A stretch of 64,000 bases of DNA, from the NCBI GenBank assembly GCA_020184695.1, contig JAANOX010000036.1, positions 61,079 through 125,078 of the forward strand, in the 5' to 3' direction. Origin of the DNA: Histomonas meleagridis 2922-C6/04-290x (lineage: Eukaryota > Protista > Parabasalia). Of this stretch, positions 21,701 to 30,772 are shown piece by piece (the first letter of the stretch is position 1; each line of letters begins with the position of its first letter). Below the pieces are notes generated by a model that worked only from the letters and a program-made list of their open reading frames with translations, was not told the origin of the DNA and did no database searches. A program made the translations under genes and the position numbers.

Positions 21701-22780
21701 TGATCTTCTTTTCACGTTTAATCTTTTCTTTGGCTTTTGTTTTCTCGTTGGCGATTCAACATTTATAGGTATCTTTGATTCGCGTTTCGGCGATGTCCTC
21801 TTTAAAGGCGATTGTACAACAGCACCTGCAGTAGCAAATAACTCTTTAACAGTTACATGTCGTCTATCAATTGAATCACGCGCGTTATCGATTTCTTCTC
21901 TATAAGATTGAAGATTTTGGATATCGCCTGAAATTGATGATCGGTCATCTTGTGATGTAAAGGAAATAGCACTTGTTTCGAAGTCAGAGGACGTACTCGA
22001 GCTGTCAAAGTTCAGTGGAAGTTTGGAAATTTCTTCATCAATTTGTGATTGTGTCTTGGAGAGGAATTTCTCTTCGTCGCGGAGATTAGTATCAAATGCC
22101 TTCTTGAATGGAGATGATGTTGGACTGCTATGTTTCGCCTTTTGTTTACTTTCGGAATTTGGATAATAATTAAAGAGATCTAGTTCAGGTTTATCAATGG
22201 CTTCTTGAACAGGAACCTTTGGAAGTGGCTTCTTCAATTTTATGGAGGCATTGTTTAATTCTTGAGCTAGAGATTTGATCATTACTAATGTTTGTTGAGC
22301 TCGTAATTTGACAAATCCTGATGTGGTGAATTTTATTAGATCACTTGAATCAAGTGATATTGTTTCAGACCCGCGAGTTAAAGTGACTGGATTGATTTTT
22401 GTGAGTAAATAACCATCTAGAAGATATGGATTAACCGTGAGTAATAATTTCTTGGATTGCTCAACTTCTTTTTGGGTAACTGCTTTATCATCTATAATTT
22501 TGATATTGGTTCCAATTGTAATAAGAAGCATAATTCGATAGTAGGTAAAATATGTTAATGGAGATTGACCAAGAGAAATACTAGTAATACTTGAGTGAAA
22601 CTGAACACCTCTAAGATCGGATATAAGAGTATTCCTTGCGTCAACTGATGTAAGTTTTGGATAATTCTTTATTAACTGGAGGGAATCACATTGTGAATCA
22701 GAAATATCCAAAAATGTGGTTGTTGTAGGAATTGTGGATTCAGATATTGCTCTTCTTGATTGGGTCTTTCTGTGTTTCAT
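18704..22780 (-). CDS. Protein with N-terminal LRR-like domain and very long E/N/K-rich tandem-repeat tail
   Basis: N-terminus LQLIKNYPKLTSVDARNTLISDLRG is LRR-like; more than 800 aa of repeats (EIKINEDKHSDSSSEKEKET; EEIIQNEENENENANEEKT). Confidence 0.75.
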   Translation of the reverse strand: MKHRKTQSRRAISESTIPTTTTFLDISDSQCDSLQLIKNYPKLTSVDARNTLISDLRGVQFHSSITSISLGQSPLTYFTYYRIMLLITIGTNIKIIDDKAVTQKEVEQSKKLLLTVNPYLLDGYLLTKINPVTLTRGSETISLDSSDLIKFTTSGFVKLRAQQTLVMIKSLAQELNNASIKLKKPLPKVPVQEAIDKPELDLFNYYPNSESKQKAKHSSPTSSPFKKAFDTNLRDEEKFLSKTQSQIDEEISKLPLNFDSSSTSSDFETSAISFTSQDDRSSISGDIQNLQSYREEIDNARDSIDRRHVTVKELFATAGAVVQSPLKRTSPKRESKIPINVESPTRKQKPKKRLNVKRRSEPNKFGFCTKIEFDDENSDSVNEGGGRERMKVSWGNVGAEKEKEEKNRSGTSSDEEKESNSSDDEVEMKINEEKQSDSSSEKEKEEVEQNEEEAEVKINDKEQTSDEEVELKINEDKHSDSSREKEKETEEIKINDKETSSDDELEIKINDKEQELSDEDNEIKINEDKHSDSSSEKEKETEEIKINDKEQELSDDEVEIKINDKEQELSDEDNEIKINEDKHSDSSDEKEKETEEIKINDKETSSDDEVEIKINEDKHSDSSSEKEKETEEINKEEEKKINDKETSSDVEGEIKINEDKHSESSDEKEKETEEIKINEDKHSESSDEKEKETSNDDNEIKMNEYNEEKTDENIQNENINEESKEEFVQNEENAENANEKDREVIIQNEETEIKSNEENSNNEESKEEIMQNEDTKNENENEEKSEETIQKEENKEEVIPNEGNHEENKEENMQNDNTNEEKSEEINQNKEKEIANEERKDENIKDEENKNENVENEEIVQNENVNEENIQNKQIKEENKEENIQNENTNEEKAEENIENENVNEENNNNTNEEKTEEIIQNEENNNNTNEENKEENMQNENEENNNNTNEAKTEENIENEEKTEENKENVNANEEKTEEIIQNEENKEENMQNENEENNNNTNEEKTEENNNTNEENEENNNNTNEEKTEEIIQNEENNNNTNEEKTEEIIQNEENKEENMQNENVNEEKTEEIIENENINEENHQENKEEIIQNEEIKENEEKTEENKENENTNEENQENENTKEEKTEENKENENPNEENNNTKEEKTEENIEETEEKTEEIIQNEENENENANEEKTEEIIQNEENENENANEEKTEEIIQNEENENENPNEEKTEENMQSKENTEEIIQNEENENENANEEKTEENKEEMIQNEENENENPNEEKTEENMQSKENTEEIIQNEENENENANEEKTEENKEEMIQNEENENENPNEEKTEENMQSKENTEEIIQNEENENENPNEEKTEENTEL

Positions 22781-22954
22781 ATAAAACTGTCAAGATATTA
22801 ATAAACGTAATAACATTTGAAAACATTATTTAACCGTTAATATGAAATGAAAAGAAAAACATTTAACTCACAAAAAAAAAGATGTTTTATATTTAAATAT
22901 ATTCCCTAGAAAAAATACTTAATAAAAATATTAAAAAGTGATGCAAAACAATAT

Positions 22955-25900
22955 TTATTTCCCTTGCAATTTCAAATATTTTTTAGCTATATTTTTCATG
23001 ACTTTCATAAAGATTCCGTCTTCTATTTCTATACCATCAAGTTGATCAAGTTCATCAAATTCATTTAATATTGTCGTAAATATGTTATGTTTATTTTTGT
23101 TGTTTTCAGATATCAAAGCTAAAATTTCTTTTTGATGTAATGTTTCATCTGATATTGATTTACACGTGAATTGTTGTTTTAATATTTGTGATTCTCTTAT
23201 CATTTGTTCATTTAATGTTTGAATTTGTGCTTCAGCAGAATTCTTTTCCATTATAGTTTTTGATAAAGTTTGAGAAAGTTGTTGAATTTTATCCTCATTT
23301 GTTTGAAGAGAATTAGATAAATTTTCATTTAACAAATGATTTTCTTCTATTTGTGATTTCATTTTGTTTATTGTATTTTCATAATGAGTTTTTAATAAAA
23401 GTTCTGAATCATTTGCTTTTTGTGTTACTTCATTTAATTGATTTTCAGTTATTTGAAGTAATTCTTTAAATTTATTTTCTTGTTTCTTTTGTTTTTGACG
23501 AATCATAGCAATTATTTGTTTAAATTTTATTTCTTTTGTCTTATATAAATTTTTCATTGATTCATTATCTTTCTTTAATCTCGAAATTTGATGCTCAAAA
23601 TCAGATTTCGTAATTTGCATTTGAATTGTTAATTCTCGAATCTCTTTATTTTTTTCTTCAATTATATTTTCGCATTGACTAACTTCATCAAAACTTTTCT
23701 TTTGAAGTTCTTTTGTTTCTTCTGTAAGTTGAGAATGAGATTTCTGTAATGATTGTAATTGTTGTGTTTTAGTTTCAAGTTCATTTTGAAGTATTGATAT
23801 TTCAGTAACAACAGAGCCAAGATTTTGTCTTAAGTTTTTAATGTTTTCTTCTTTTTCCTTATTTTTCTTTTTTAAGTTTTGAACAAATTCTTTATTTCGC
23901 TTCATTTCTCCATAATTTTTATCAATTATTTCTAACTTTTTGATTTTCTTTGATAATTTTTGCGATTCGACAGTTCCAAAAATTTTTTTGATTTGAGATA
24001 TTTGATTTTTATATTCATCAATAAAATTTCTTTGTTTTTCATTTTGTTGATATAATATAATATTAATAAATGATTGCAAACAAAATAAATTAAATGTTGT
24101 ATCATTACTAAATCCTTGTTTAGATATGTTTTGAATTGCCTCTTTTCTTTGTTCATAACTACAACTAAAAAGATTTTTATCTTTTAAGTCAATTTGATTT
24201 ATAATTTCTTCATTTTTAAGTGAGTTTTCAATTTTTCGCGTTTGTAATGAAAGAAAATCAAAAAGTGATTGATCATCACCAATGCATTTTATTAAATTAC
24301 TAAATCCATAATTTAATGATAGTAAAACTTCATTAAGATTTTTATTATTTTCTGTTTCATTATTTCCATTATTAATATTTGGATTTTTAACAATTTCTAA
24401 GAGTTTGCTGAAAAGTTTTTGAATTTTTTCTACATGTGATTTCGATGATTCATTAATAATTAATAAAAGTTTATCACAATTCTTTTTATCTAATTCTTTA
24501 GTAAATAAATTTTGAAGGAAATCAAATAAAGTGTTTGGAATATAATTATCCATTCTTGATTTTAACAATTTATTTCGTTTTTTAAGTTTTTGATTTTTTA
24601 TATGTTCGCTTTCTAAACGCTTTTCTTGCTCCAAAAGAATTGAATTCATTTTTTGAATTATTAAAATTGCTGACGATTTTATATTATTAAGTGAATCAAT
24701 TTCTTTCATTTGCGATTTTGTTTGAGATTCAATTAATGAAAATGAATTTCGTGCTTCTTGTAATTCGTTGTTTTTAGAACACCATGCAACTTCACTCTGT
24801 TTAAAAGAGGCATGAGCAGCTTGAATTTGGATTTGTAAAGATTCGATTTCTAATTTTGAATCATTTAAATTTCGTGCTAATTCTTCATTTTTTAGTTGTA
24901 ATTGTTGAATTTGTATTTGATTTTCTTTTTGCTTCTCTGTAAACATTTTGTTTACATTTCCAATTTGCTTTTTATATTTCTTATATTGTGTAATTTTTAT
25001 ATTTGCTTTTGATAATTTATTTTTTAAATCGTCATTATGAGATTGAATTTCTTTGATAGTATTACTTAAATTTTTGTTTTCATTACTAAGAAAATTAAGT
25101 TGTTGAATTAATTTTTGCATTTCTTCTGTTTGAGCAATAACTGGTCTTGCGATTTGTTCCCTTAAGTTATTTATTCTCTGTTCCTTTATTTCTATTTGTT
25201 CTTTATATTTAAGAATTTCTTCATCGTAATCTTGAATAAGTTGCGCTTGAGCTCTTTTCATATCATTAAGTTCTTTGGTCAATGATTGAGTAGTATTAAA
25301 TGATTCATTAGCTTTGTTTTGATGCATTAGTTCTTCATTTTGTTGCTTAAGAGATTCAATTGATTTTTTGAACTTAGCATTTTTCTTTTGTAGGCTTTGA
25401 ATTATTTTTTGATTGTTTTTCCCATTGACATTATTATCTATTTCTGATTTCATTTGTCGAAAAAGTTCTGTTATTTCAATATAATTTGAGATATCTTGAT
25501 CAGAAAGATTTGATATGTTACGAAAGAATGCTGACTCGGACTGTTTAGCAAGTGAAAATGATTGTTTGTACTCTTCATTTGCTTGATGTAATTGAGTATT
25601 TTCTGATTTTACTTTTTCGAGCTCTAAAACAAGCATTTCCTTTTCATGCTGAATTCCTTCTTTTACAAGATCGAAGTTGTCAATTTGTATTTGAAGTTCT
25701 TGGTTCTTTTCACTTAAAATTTGTAATCGGTTTTGATAATTTGTAATTTTTTGATCATATTCAAAGATTTTTGTATTTAAACTTCGTTTTTCTTTATGTA
25801 ATAATTCCAATTCTGTTGTTAAACCAAGTGCTCGATTTAATTGAGATTTTAAAGATTCATTTTCATTTTGAAGCTGTGCATTTAGCTCTGTTATTTGAAT

Positions 25901-26023
25901 TATTTTCTGAGCCTTTGTTTCCCCAGCAATTTCTCTATTGGATATTGGCGATTGCGGATTACTTTTCATTCTTGGAGCCTTAACGTACAATAAAAAGAAA
26001 TGTCTAAACTTTTCAAAAAGCAT
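22955..26023 (-). CDS. Long coiled-coil protein of unknown function
   Basis: 1022-aa ORF rich in Q/E/K/L heptads. True start is probably MKSNPQSP (second Met). Confidence 0.75.
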   Translation of the reverse strand: MLFEKFRHFFLLYVKAPRMKSNPQSPISNREIAGETKAQKIIQITELNAQLQNENESLKSQLNRALGLTTELELLHKEKRSLNTKIFEYDQKITNYQNRLQILSEKNQELQIQIDNFDLVKEGIQHEKEMLVLELEKVKSENTQLHQANEEYKQSFSLAKQSESAFFRNISNLSDQDISNYIEITELFRQMKSEIDNNVNGKNNQKIIQSLQKKNAKFKKSIESLKQQNEELMHQNKANESFNTTQSLTKELNDMKRAQAQLIQDYDEEILKYKEQIEIKEQRINNLREQIARPVIAQTEEMQKLIQQLNFLSNENKNLSNTIKEIQSHNDDLKNKLSKANIKITQYKKYKKQIGNVNKMFTEKQKENQIQIQQLQLKNEELARNLNDSKLEIESLQIQIQAAHASFKQSEVAWCSKNNELQEARNSFSLIESQTKSQMKEIDSLNNIKSSAILIIQKMNSILLEQEKRLESEHIKNQKLKKRNKLLKSRMDNYIPNTLFDFLQNLFTKELDKKNCDKLLLIINESSKSHVEKIQKLFSKLLEIVKNPNINNGNNETENNKNLNEVLLSLNYGFSNLIKCIGDDQSLFDFLSLQTRKIENSLKNEEIINQIDLKDKNLFSCSYEQRKEAIQNISKQGFSNDTTFNLFCLQSFINIILYQQNEKQRNFIDEYKNQISQIKKIFGTVESQKLSKKIKKLEIIDKNYGEMKRNKEFVQNLKKKNKEKEENIKNLRQNLGSVVTEISILQNELETKTQQLQSLQKSHSQLTEETKELQKKSFDEVSQCENIIEEKNKEIRELTIQMQITKSDFEHQISRLKKDNESMKNLYKTKEIKFKQIIAMIRQKQKKQENKFKELLQITENQLNEVTQKANDSELLLKTHYENTINKMKSQIEENHLLNENLSNSLQTNEDKIQQLSQTLSKTIMEKNSAEAQIQTLNEQMIRESQILKQQFTCKSISDETLHQKEILALISENNKNKHNIFTTILNEFDELDQLDGIEIEDGIFMKVMKNIAKKYLKLQGK

Positions 26024-26153
26024 AAATCCAACAAATGATAATGCATTTGCCTAGAACAAAACAAACAAAAATTATTTTCTTTTATTTTCGGAATGAGATT
26101 CACAAAAAAATATCTTAATTTATATAATGATTTATATGAAAAAAAAAGTACAA

Positions 26154-26747
26154 TTAATCTTGCTTGTTTTTGAGCCTTTGGGTTCGGAGCTTTCTTTTTT
26201 CTGATAACAATTTTCGGGGTACATAATAGTTACGAACCCATTGAGTTACAAGCTGTGAGAAAATAATCGAAGCGCCAAGACATATAAAGCTAAGATTACG
26301 GATTATCCATGGTTGCTCTTTGACATTTTTAACAAAATGGTAAACAGTCCATTCATTTGTTCTATTGTCAATTAAATGTAATTCAAATCTTTTACTTTCA
26401 TATACATTTAGAACATATGAAAAATAGTTGTAACTTCCAGATGCTGATACCTGGAATCTGAATTGTTTTCTTAGGAAAACTTTTATTTCATTGAGATCAA
26501 AAGCTTCATTAAAATATATCTCGCCATATTTTCCAAAATGTATTTGAAATTTAAAAGACGTGTAATCGCTTCCTCCAATTATTTCCCCAGAAAAATGAGA
26601 TTCATTTAAACAATCAACATAACATTTGTATTGAGAAATTAAATCAGTTTTATGTGGATGCCTTGCTTCAACAAACCAATCACCCGGAATAATTTTTTTG
26701 ATGTCGTCATTGATTCTTGCCAATACAAAGGGAATGAAGATTAACAT
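26154..26747 (-). CDS. Hypothetical signal-peptide, single-TM protein
   Basis: Hydrophobic N-terminus, C-terminal TM (LSFICLGASIIFSQLVT) and basic tail. Confidence 0.65.
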   Translation of the reverse strand: MLIFIPFVLARINDDIKKIIPGDWFVEARHPHKTDLISQYKCYVDCLNESHFSGEIIGGSDYTSFKFQIHFGKYGEIYFNEAFDLNEIKVFLRKQFRFQVSASGSYNYFSYVLNVYESKRFELHLIDNRTNEWTVYHFVKNVKEQPWIIRNLSFICLGASIIFSQLVTQWVRNYYVPRKLLSEKRKLRTQRLKNKQD

Positions 26748-27078
26748 TAAAAATTTATAATTTCTTTCAGTTCAGAACTGATCGCTTAACGTTCTTCATT
26801 TTTAGAAAATGGAATCTTTTTCATTTCCCACAGTATTTTTTATCCTCAATAAAATAATTAATGTTTTTTAAGATTTTGGCCTGAATGGATTTAAATATTT
26901 AGCTTTTTATTATGACCAAAATTCATAGGAATAATTTGTCAATGATTAGCATTAAAAACCAAAAAGATTTCTTGTGTGCGCGTAAAAAATAGGGAAATTA
27001 TACCAAACAGTGTATTTTTTTGATATATTTTTAAAGACAAAGTTCTCCTTCATTAACGGTTTTATTGGGTTTTTTGAT

Positions 27079-27104
27079 AAAACGGTTTTGGTCATCCCTC
27101 TTTT
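27079..27104 (+). promoter_or_regulatory. Core promoter of RPL39: AAAACGGTT (trichomonad M3/Myb-type) followed by a pyrimidine tract
   Basis: AAAACGGTTTTGGTCATCCCTCTTTT lies immediately upstream of the ATG at 27108; CGGTTTTGG recurs at the same offset before RPS24. Confidence 0.55.
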
Positions 27105-27107
27105 ATA

Positions 27108-27263
27108 ATGACTGCACACAAGACTCTCAGAATGAAGCGCATCCTCGCAAAGAAGATCAAGCAGAATCGTCCAATGCCACAATTCATCCGTGCAATGACT
27201 GGTGTTCGCCATGTTCAAAACCCAATGCGCCGCCATTGGAGAAGAAGGAAGCTTAACATCTAA
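27108..27263 (+). CDS. RPL39: 60S ribosomal protein L39 (not in the ORF track)
   Basis: Manual translation [51 protein letters not shown], 51 aa, with the eL39 signature KQNRP and RRHWRRxKL. Confidence 0.97.
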   Translation: MTAHKTLRMKRILAKKIKQNRPMPQFIRAMTGVRHVQNPMRRHWRRRKLNI

Positions 27264-27436
27264 AAAGCTAAATAAATAGTGAAAGTGTTTTTCCTTATTT
27301 GTTTTTTTATAAAAAACATCACATTTCTTTCATGAATGTAAAAAAAATCGAAATATTATGCTCAAAAAAAAAAAAAAAAACTTATATAAGTTAAATCGAT
27401 TTTTATGTTGCCAAGTTCAAAAAAGAATGTGTTTAC

Positions 27437-27724
27437 TTAGAATGAACGGGCACGTTGGCAAGAACCAATCTTCAAGCAAATTTGGCCAGCATTGTACTTT
27501 TGAAGGAATTCGACGATTTTTTCAATTTTGTTTTCAATTACTTGTTGGCATTTTTCTTTCTTTCCGATATATTGGCAAATTTTTTGTAATTTTTGGATCA
27601 AAGCTTCTTTATCTTCAATTTTTTGAACGATTTCAATAAGTTTGTCCATCCTTTGAATGCATTGAGCGCATGATTGTTGTTGGAACTTAAGGGAAGCTGC
27701 TAAGGCAGTCAACAAAAAGAACAT
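27437..27724 (-). CDS. Secreted saposin-like protein (SAPLIP, single saposin B domain)
   Basis: Signal peptide MFFLLTALAASL (ATG 27724) and six Cys in saposin spacing: CAQC...IC...KC...IC...SC. Confidence 0.85.
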   Translation of the reverse strand: MFFLLTALAASLKFQQQSCAQCIQRMDKLIEIVQKIEDKEALIQKLQKICQYIGKKEKCQQVIENKIEKIVEFLQKYNAGQICLKIGSCQRARSF

Positions 27725-28480
27725 TTTAAATTTTGTAATTTGAAAAAAACCGATTGTCAAATGTCAGATTACAACGCTCAAAAACACATGCAAATTTAAA
27801 TTGAAATTAATCGTTTAATGGGCTTATTCGCAGGTTTACTGCGATCGGCATGCGGTACGAATTTCGGATATGGCGATAGGCGTAGCACGTTATGGCTGGA
27901 TTTTTGTATGATTTATGTGACTTTTTGTTCAAACGTTTGAATGAAAAAATGAAAGTGTACAACCATCTTTCGATCGAATAGATATATTACTGATTTTTTC
28001 GTTAATATTATATGTATTTTCATGAGAGCCCATGAATGAAAACACATATATAAATATTTGACCAAATTGACTTGTCATTAATAATAATCTTTCATGAATC
28101 TGATATACACATAACTAGTTCTTCACTCTTCAATTCTAAAAGCATTTTATTTATATTCTTTTATGTATTGTTATAAATAGAAGACATTCTTGCTACATCA
28201 TAAACATTATGAAATGTTCTGCACCAAAAGAAAAAAAAAAGACTGGCTCTCGAAAGTAAAGCTGTTTTGAACCAAGGAGATAAAGGAAAAGAAAGTTGAT
28301 TGAAAATTTGCCTTAAGAAACGTGCATGACACCAAGTTTTTACGCCACACTCTATTATTTTTTGAAATATGTACCATTTATTTAGCAATTTTGAACTTTC
28401 TTATTTTAAAGACAAAATATATGTTGGATTTTTTTAAATTTGCCCCTTTGTTTATTTCTTAGTCGATATATTTATGATTT

Positions 28481-28860
28481 TCATATCTTGAATAATTTCA
28501 TTATATTATTTTTAAATATCAAATTTTTATAATAAATATTTTCTTGAGTGTTCGTATCATATACTTTTTGTTTATGGAGTTCGAGAACAAGTGATGCCTT
28601 AAGTATAGCAACTCCAATGCCAACAGTTTTGTTATAAAATGTGGTGCTACCACCAAAAAGAACATCTGACTTCTGGAATATCATTTTATTTATTGAGGAC
28701 TCAACCCACGAATTGGTTGGGATGTAATTAACATTGGAACTGTTAACATAAAGAACATAATCGGGCATTTCCAATAAATATATTGAACTTTGAAGTGCAA
28801 GATAACCATTGTCTGGAAACGTAGTATAGGTTACATTATATTCATCTTGCTTATATGTTA
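28481..28860 (-). pseudogene. Coding-like remnant of unknown family
   Basis: 97-aa track ORF preceded by an open stretch in another frame (SESFLTYKQDEYNVTYTTFPDNGYLALQSSIYYW); family not recognised. Confidence 0.25.
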
Positions 28861-29541
28861 GGAAAGATTCGCTCCGAATAAAAGAAATGCTGAAATTATT
28901 TGAAAATTAAAAATCTTTCAAGGAGTTAATAGGCATTCATTGAGGTCAATTGCAATAGAAACTTTGAAATTTGACCCATATGTAAAACATATATTGATAG
29001 TTGGTTTGAACGAAAAAAAGAAATAAACAACCAATGAATTTGAAATAATACGATGATGAACAAAATATATGAATTTGTCTAGAATAGCATTCTGATAAAA
29101 TTTCTTTTTTTTAACTCCATTTTCTACTGTAGACAGCAAATATTGGACATAGAGTTTCATTCTGCCCTGTTATTTGAATTAAGAGATCCCAGAAACACAG
29201 AAAGTGACGACTACAGTAAGAATGACAAGTTCAATTGAATCATTTTCAAAAAAATGAGTTATGTCATTGCAAATGGAGAGTCTCCGAAATTTGAAGTAAA
29301 TTGAACGTATCGGATTTTTCGATTTTATAAACCATTCGCAACCAAATAAATTCAGAAAAATATAAACTTTTTGAACATGTTCAATTTCCAAATACCTCAC
29401 ACAAAAGTACTTTTGAAAAGGTTATATACGGTTTTTTGATGGATGTTTTACATAATTTTATTTTCTTTTCCTTACCGCAGCATCACTCATTTCTTTAAAC
29501 ATACAACATATTTACTCTATATATTTATCTACAATATCAAG

Positions 29542-30510
29542 TCACCAAGAAGGAGTCCGAACAACGATTGATTTTGGGTGCAATGGTTTTGGTCTGATTT
29601 TATCAATTTCCTCTGTTAGCAGCTTGACTTGGCAGCTGTTTTCGTAATTCTCAGATATTGGAATCATTTCCAAATCTTCTTTTTTGGCTGCAAGTGCAAT
29701 GAAAGGATGTTCCAATGCTTCTTCTGCCGATGGCCTTTCTCCAGGATTAAGTTTCAAAAGATTTTTTAGGAAGTCAATTGCAATTTTACAATTTTCTTGG
29801 GTCGAACCAAAAACACTTTCCGTAGTTATCTTTTGATACAAAAACACATCAGCGTTTTTCCCAAGTGTTGTTCTAAGTGAACGAAGAGCATTTTTTGGAG
29901 TCGATGCCAAAATCAAATTCTCATGAGTAAGCATCTCATAAAGAATTAAGCCAAAACAAAAGATGTCTATCTTAGGAGTGATCTCTTTGCTCCCTGAAAG
30001 GATTTCTGGAGCAGCATATTGACACGTATATGCTATTGGCTTATCACTTTGCTTTGAAAATGGCTGAGAAGATCCTAAGTCCCCAATCTTTACTTCCCAC
30101 TTGTTGGTAAGGAAAATATTTCCAGGTTTAAGATCAAGATGTGCAATATTGTTCGAATGAATTATTTTTATTCCTTGAAGAATTTCTTCTGAAAGGTAAG
30201 CAATAACAGGTATGGAAAAGAAACTTTGGTCTACGTTTTTTAGAAACTTTCCTAGCTCAAATTCGATATAAGGATAAGCAATGTACTGCGTTTTTGTCTT
30301 GTTATTTATGAACGAGTCGAATACGGTAATAACATTCGGTGACTGGATTGACTTTAGTCTTTCAAAATCTTTTGAATTTTTTGAATCAATTGATTTCAAA
30401 GTAACGATCGTACCTGTAGGCTTGTGTATGGCTTTGTAGGCAGTTCCGAAGCCGCCCTCACCGATTTTAGTGATAATGTTGAATTCTTCGTCCATGTCTA
30501 TAGCTCTCAT
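29542..30510 (-). CDS. Ser/Thr protein kinase (CMGC/CDK-like, divergent)
   Basis: GEGGFG loop, HLDLKPGN catalytic loop, DLG in place of DFG, YAAPE and ERPSAEEALEHPF. Confidence 0.9.
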   Translation of the reverse strand: MRAIDMDEEFNIITKIGEGGFGTAYKAIHKPTGTIVTLKSIDSKNSKDFERLKSIQSPNVITVFDSFINNKTKTQYIAYPYIEFELGKFLKNVDQSFFSIPVIAYLSEEILQGIKIIHSNNIAHLDLKPGNIFLTNKWEVKIGDLGSSQPFSKQSDKPIAYTCQYAAPEILSGSKEITPKIDIFCFGLILYEMLTHENLILASTPKNALRSLRTTLGKNADVFLYQKITTESVFGSTQENCKIAIDFLKNLLKLNPGERPSAEEALEHPFIALAAKKEDLEMIPISENYENSCQVKLLTEEIDKIRPKPLHPKSIVVRTPSW

Positions 30511-30772
30511 CCTCCAAAATTTTATTCCACTTTTTGAATGGCACCGGTTTTATTTTCAGAGTAATTCTAAACGGCGGCCGATGGAAATGGACCAAATTTA
30601 AGTGCATAATCAGCGAAGCCTTCCATGTTCTCATTGAAGTTTAGCTGCGGGACCTGCGTTGTTGATATGCAAAGAAAGGCCAAAAATTAGGCTATTAAAA
30701 AGAAAAATTTGAATTCAATTTATATTACATCTGTTATTGAAGAAGAAAATGATCTAAAAACAGTTTTATTTC

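Noticed and set aside
18538-21905. Long antisense ORFs (315, 553, 221, 421 and 248 aa) rich in F/L/S/I
   Set aside because: They are shadows of the low-complexity GAA/AAT repeats of the minus-strand gene, which lack stops on the opposite strand.
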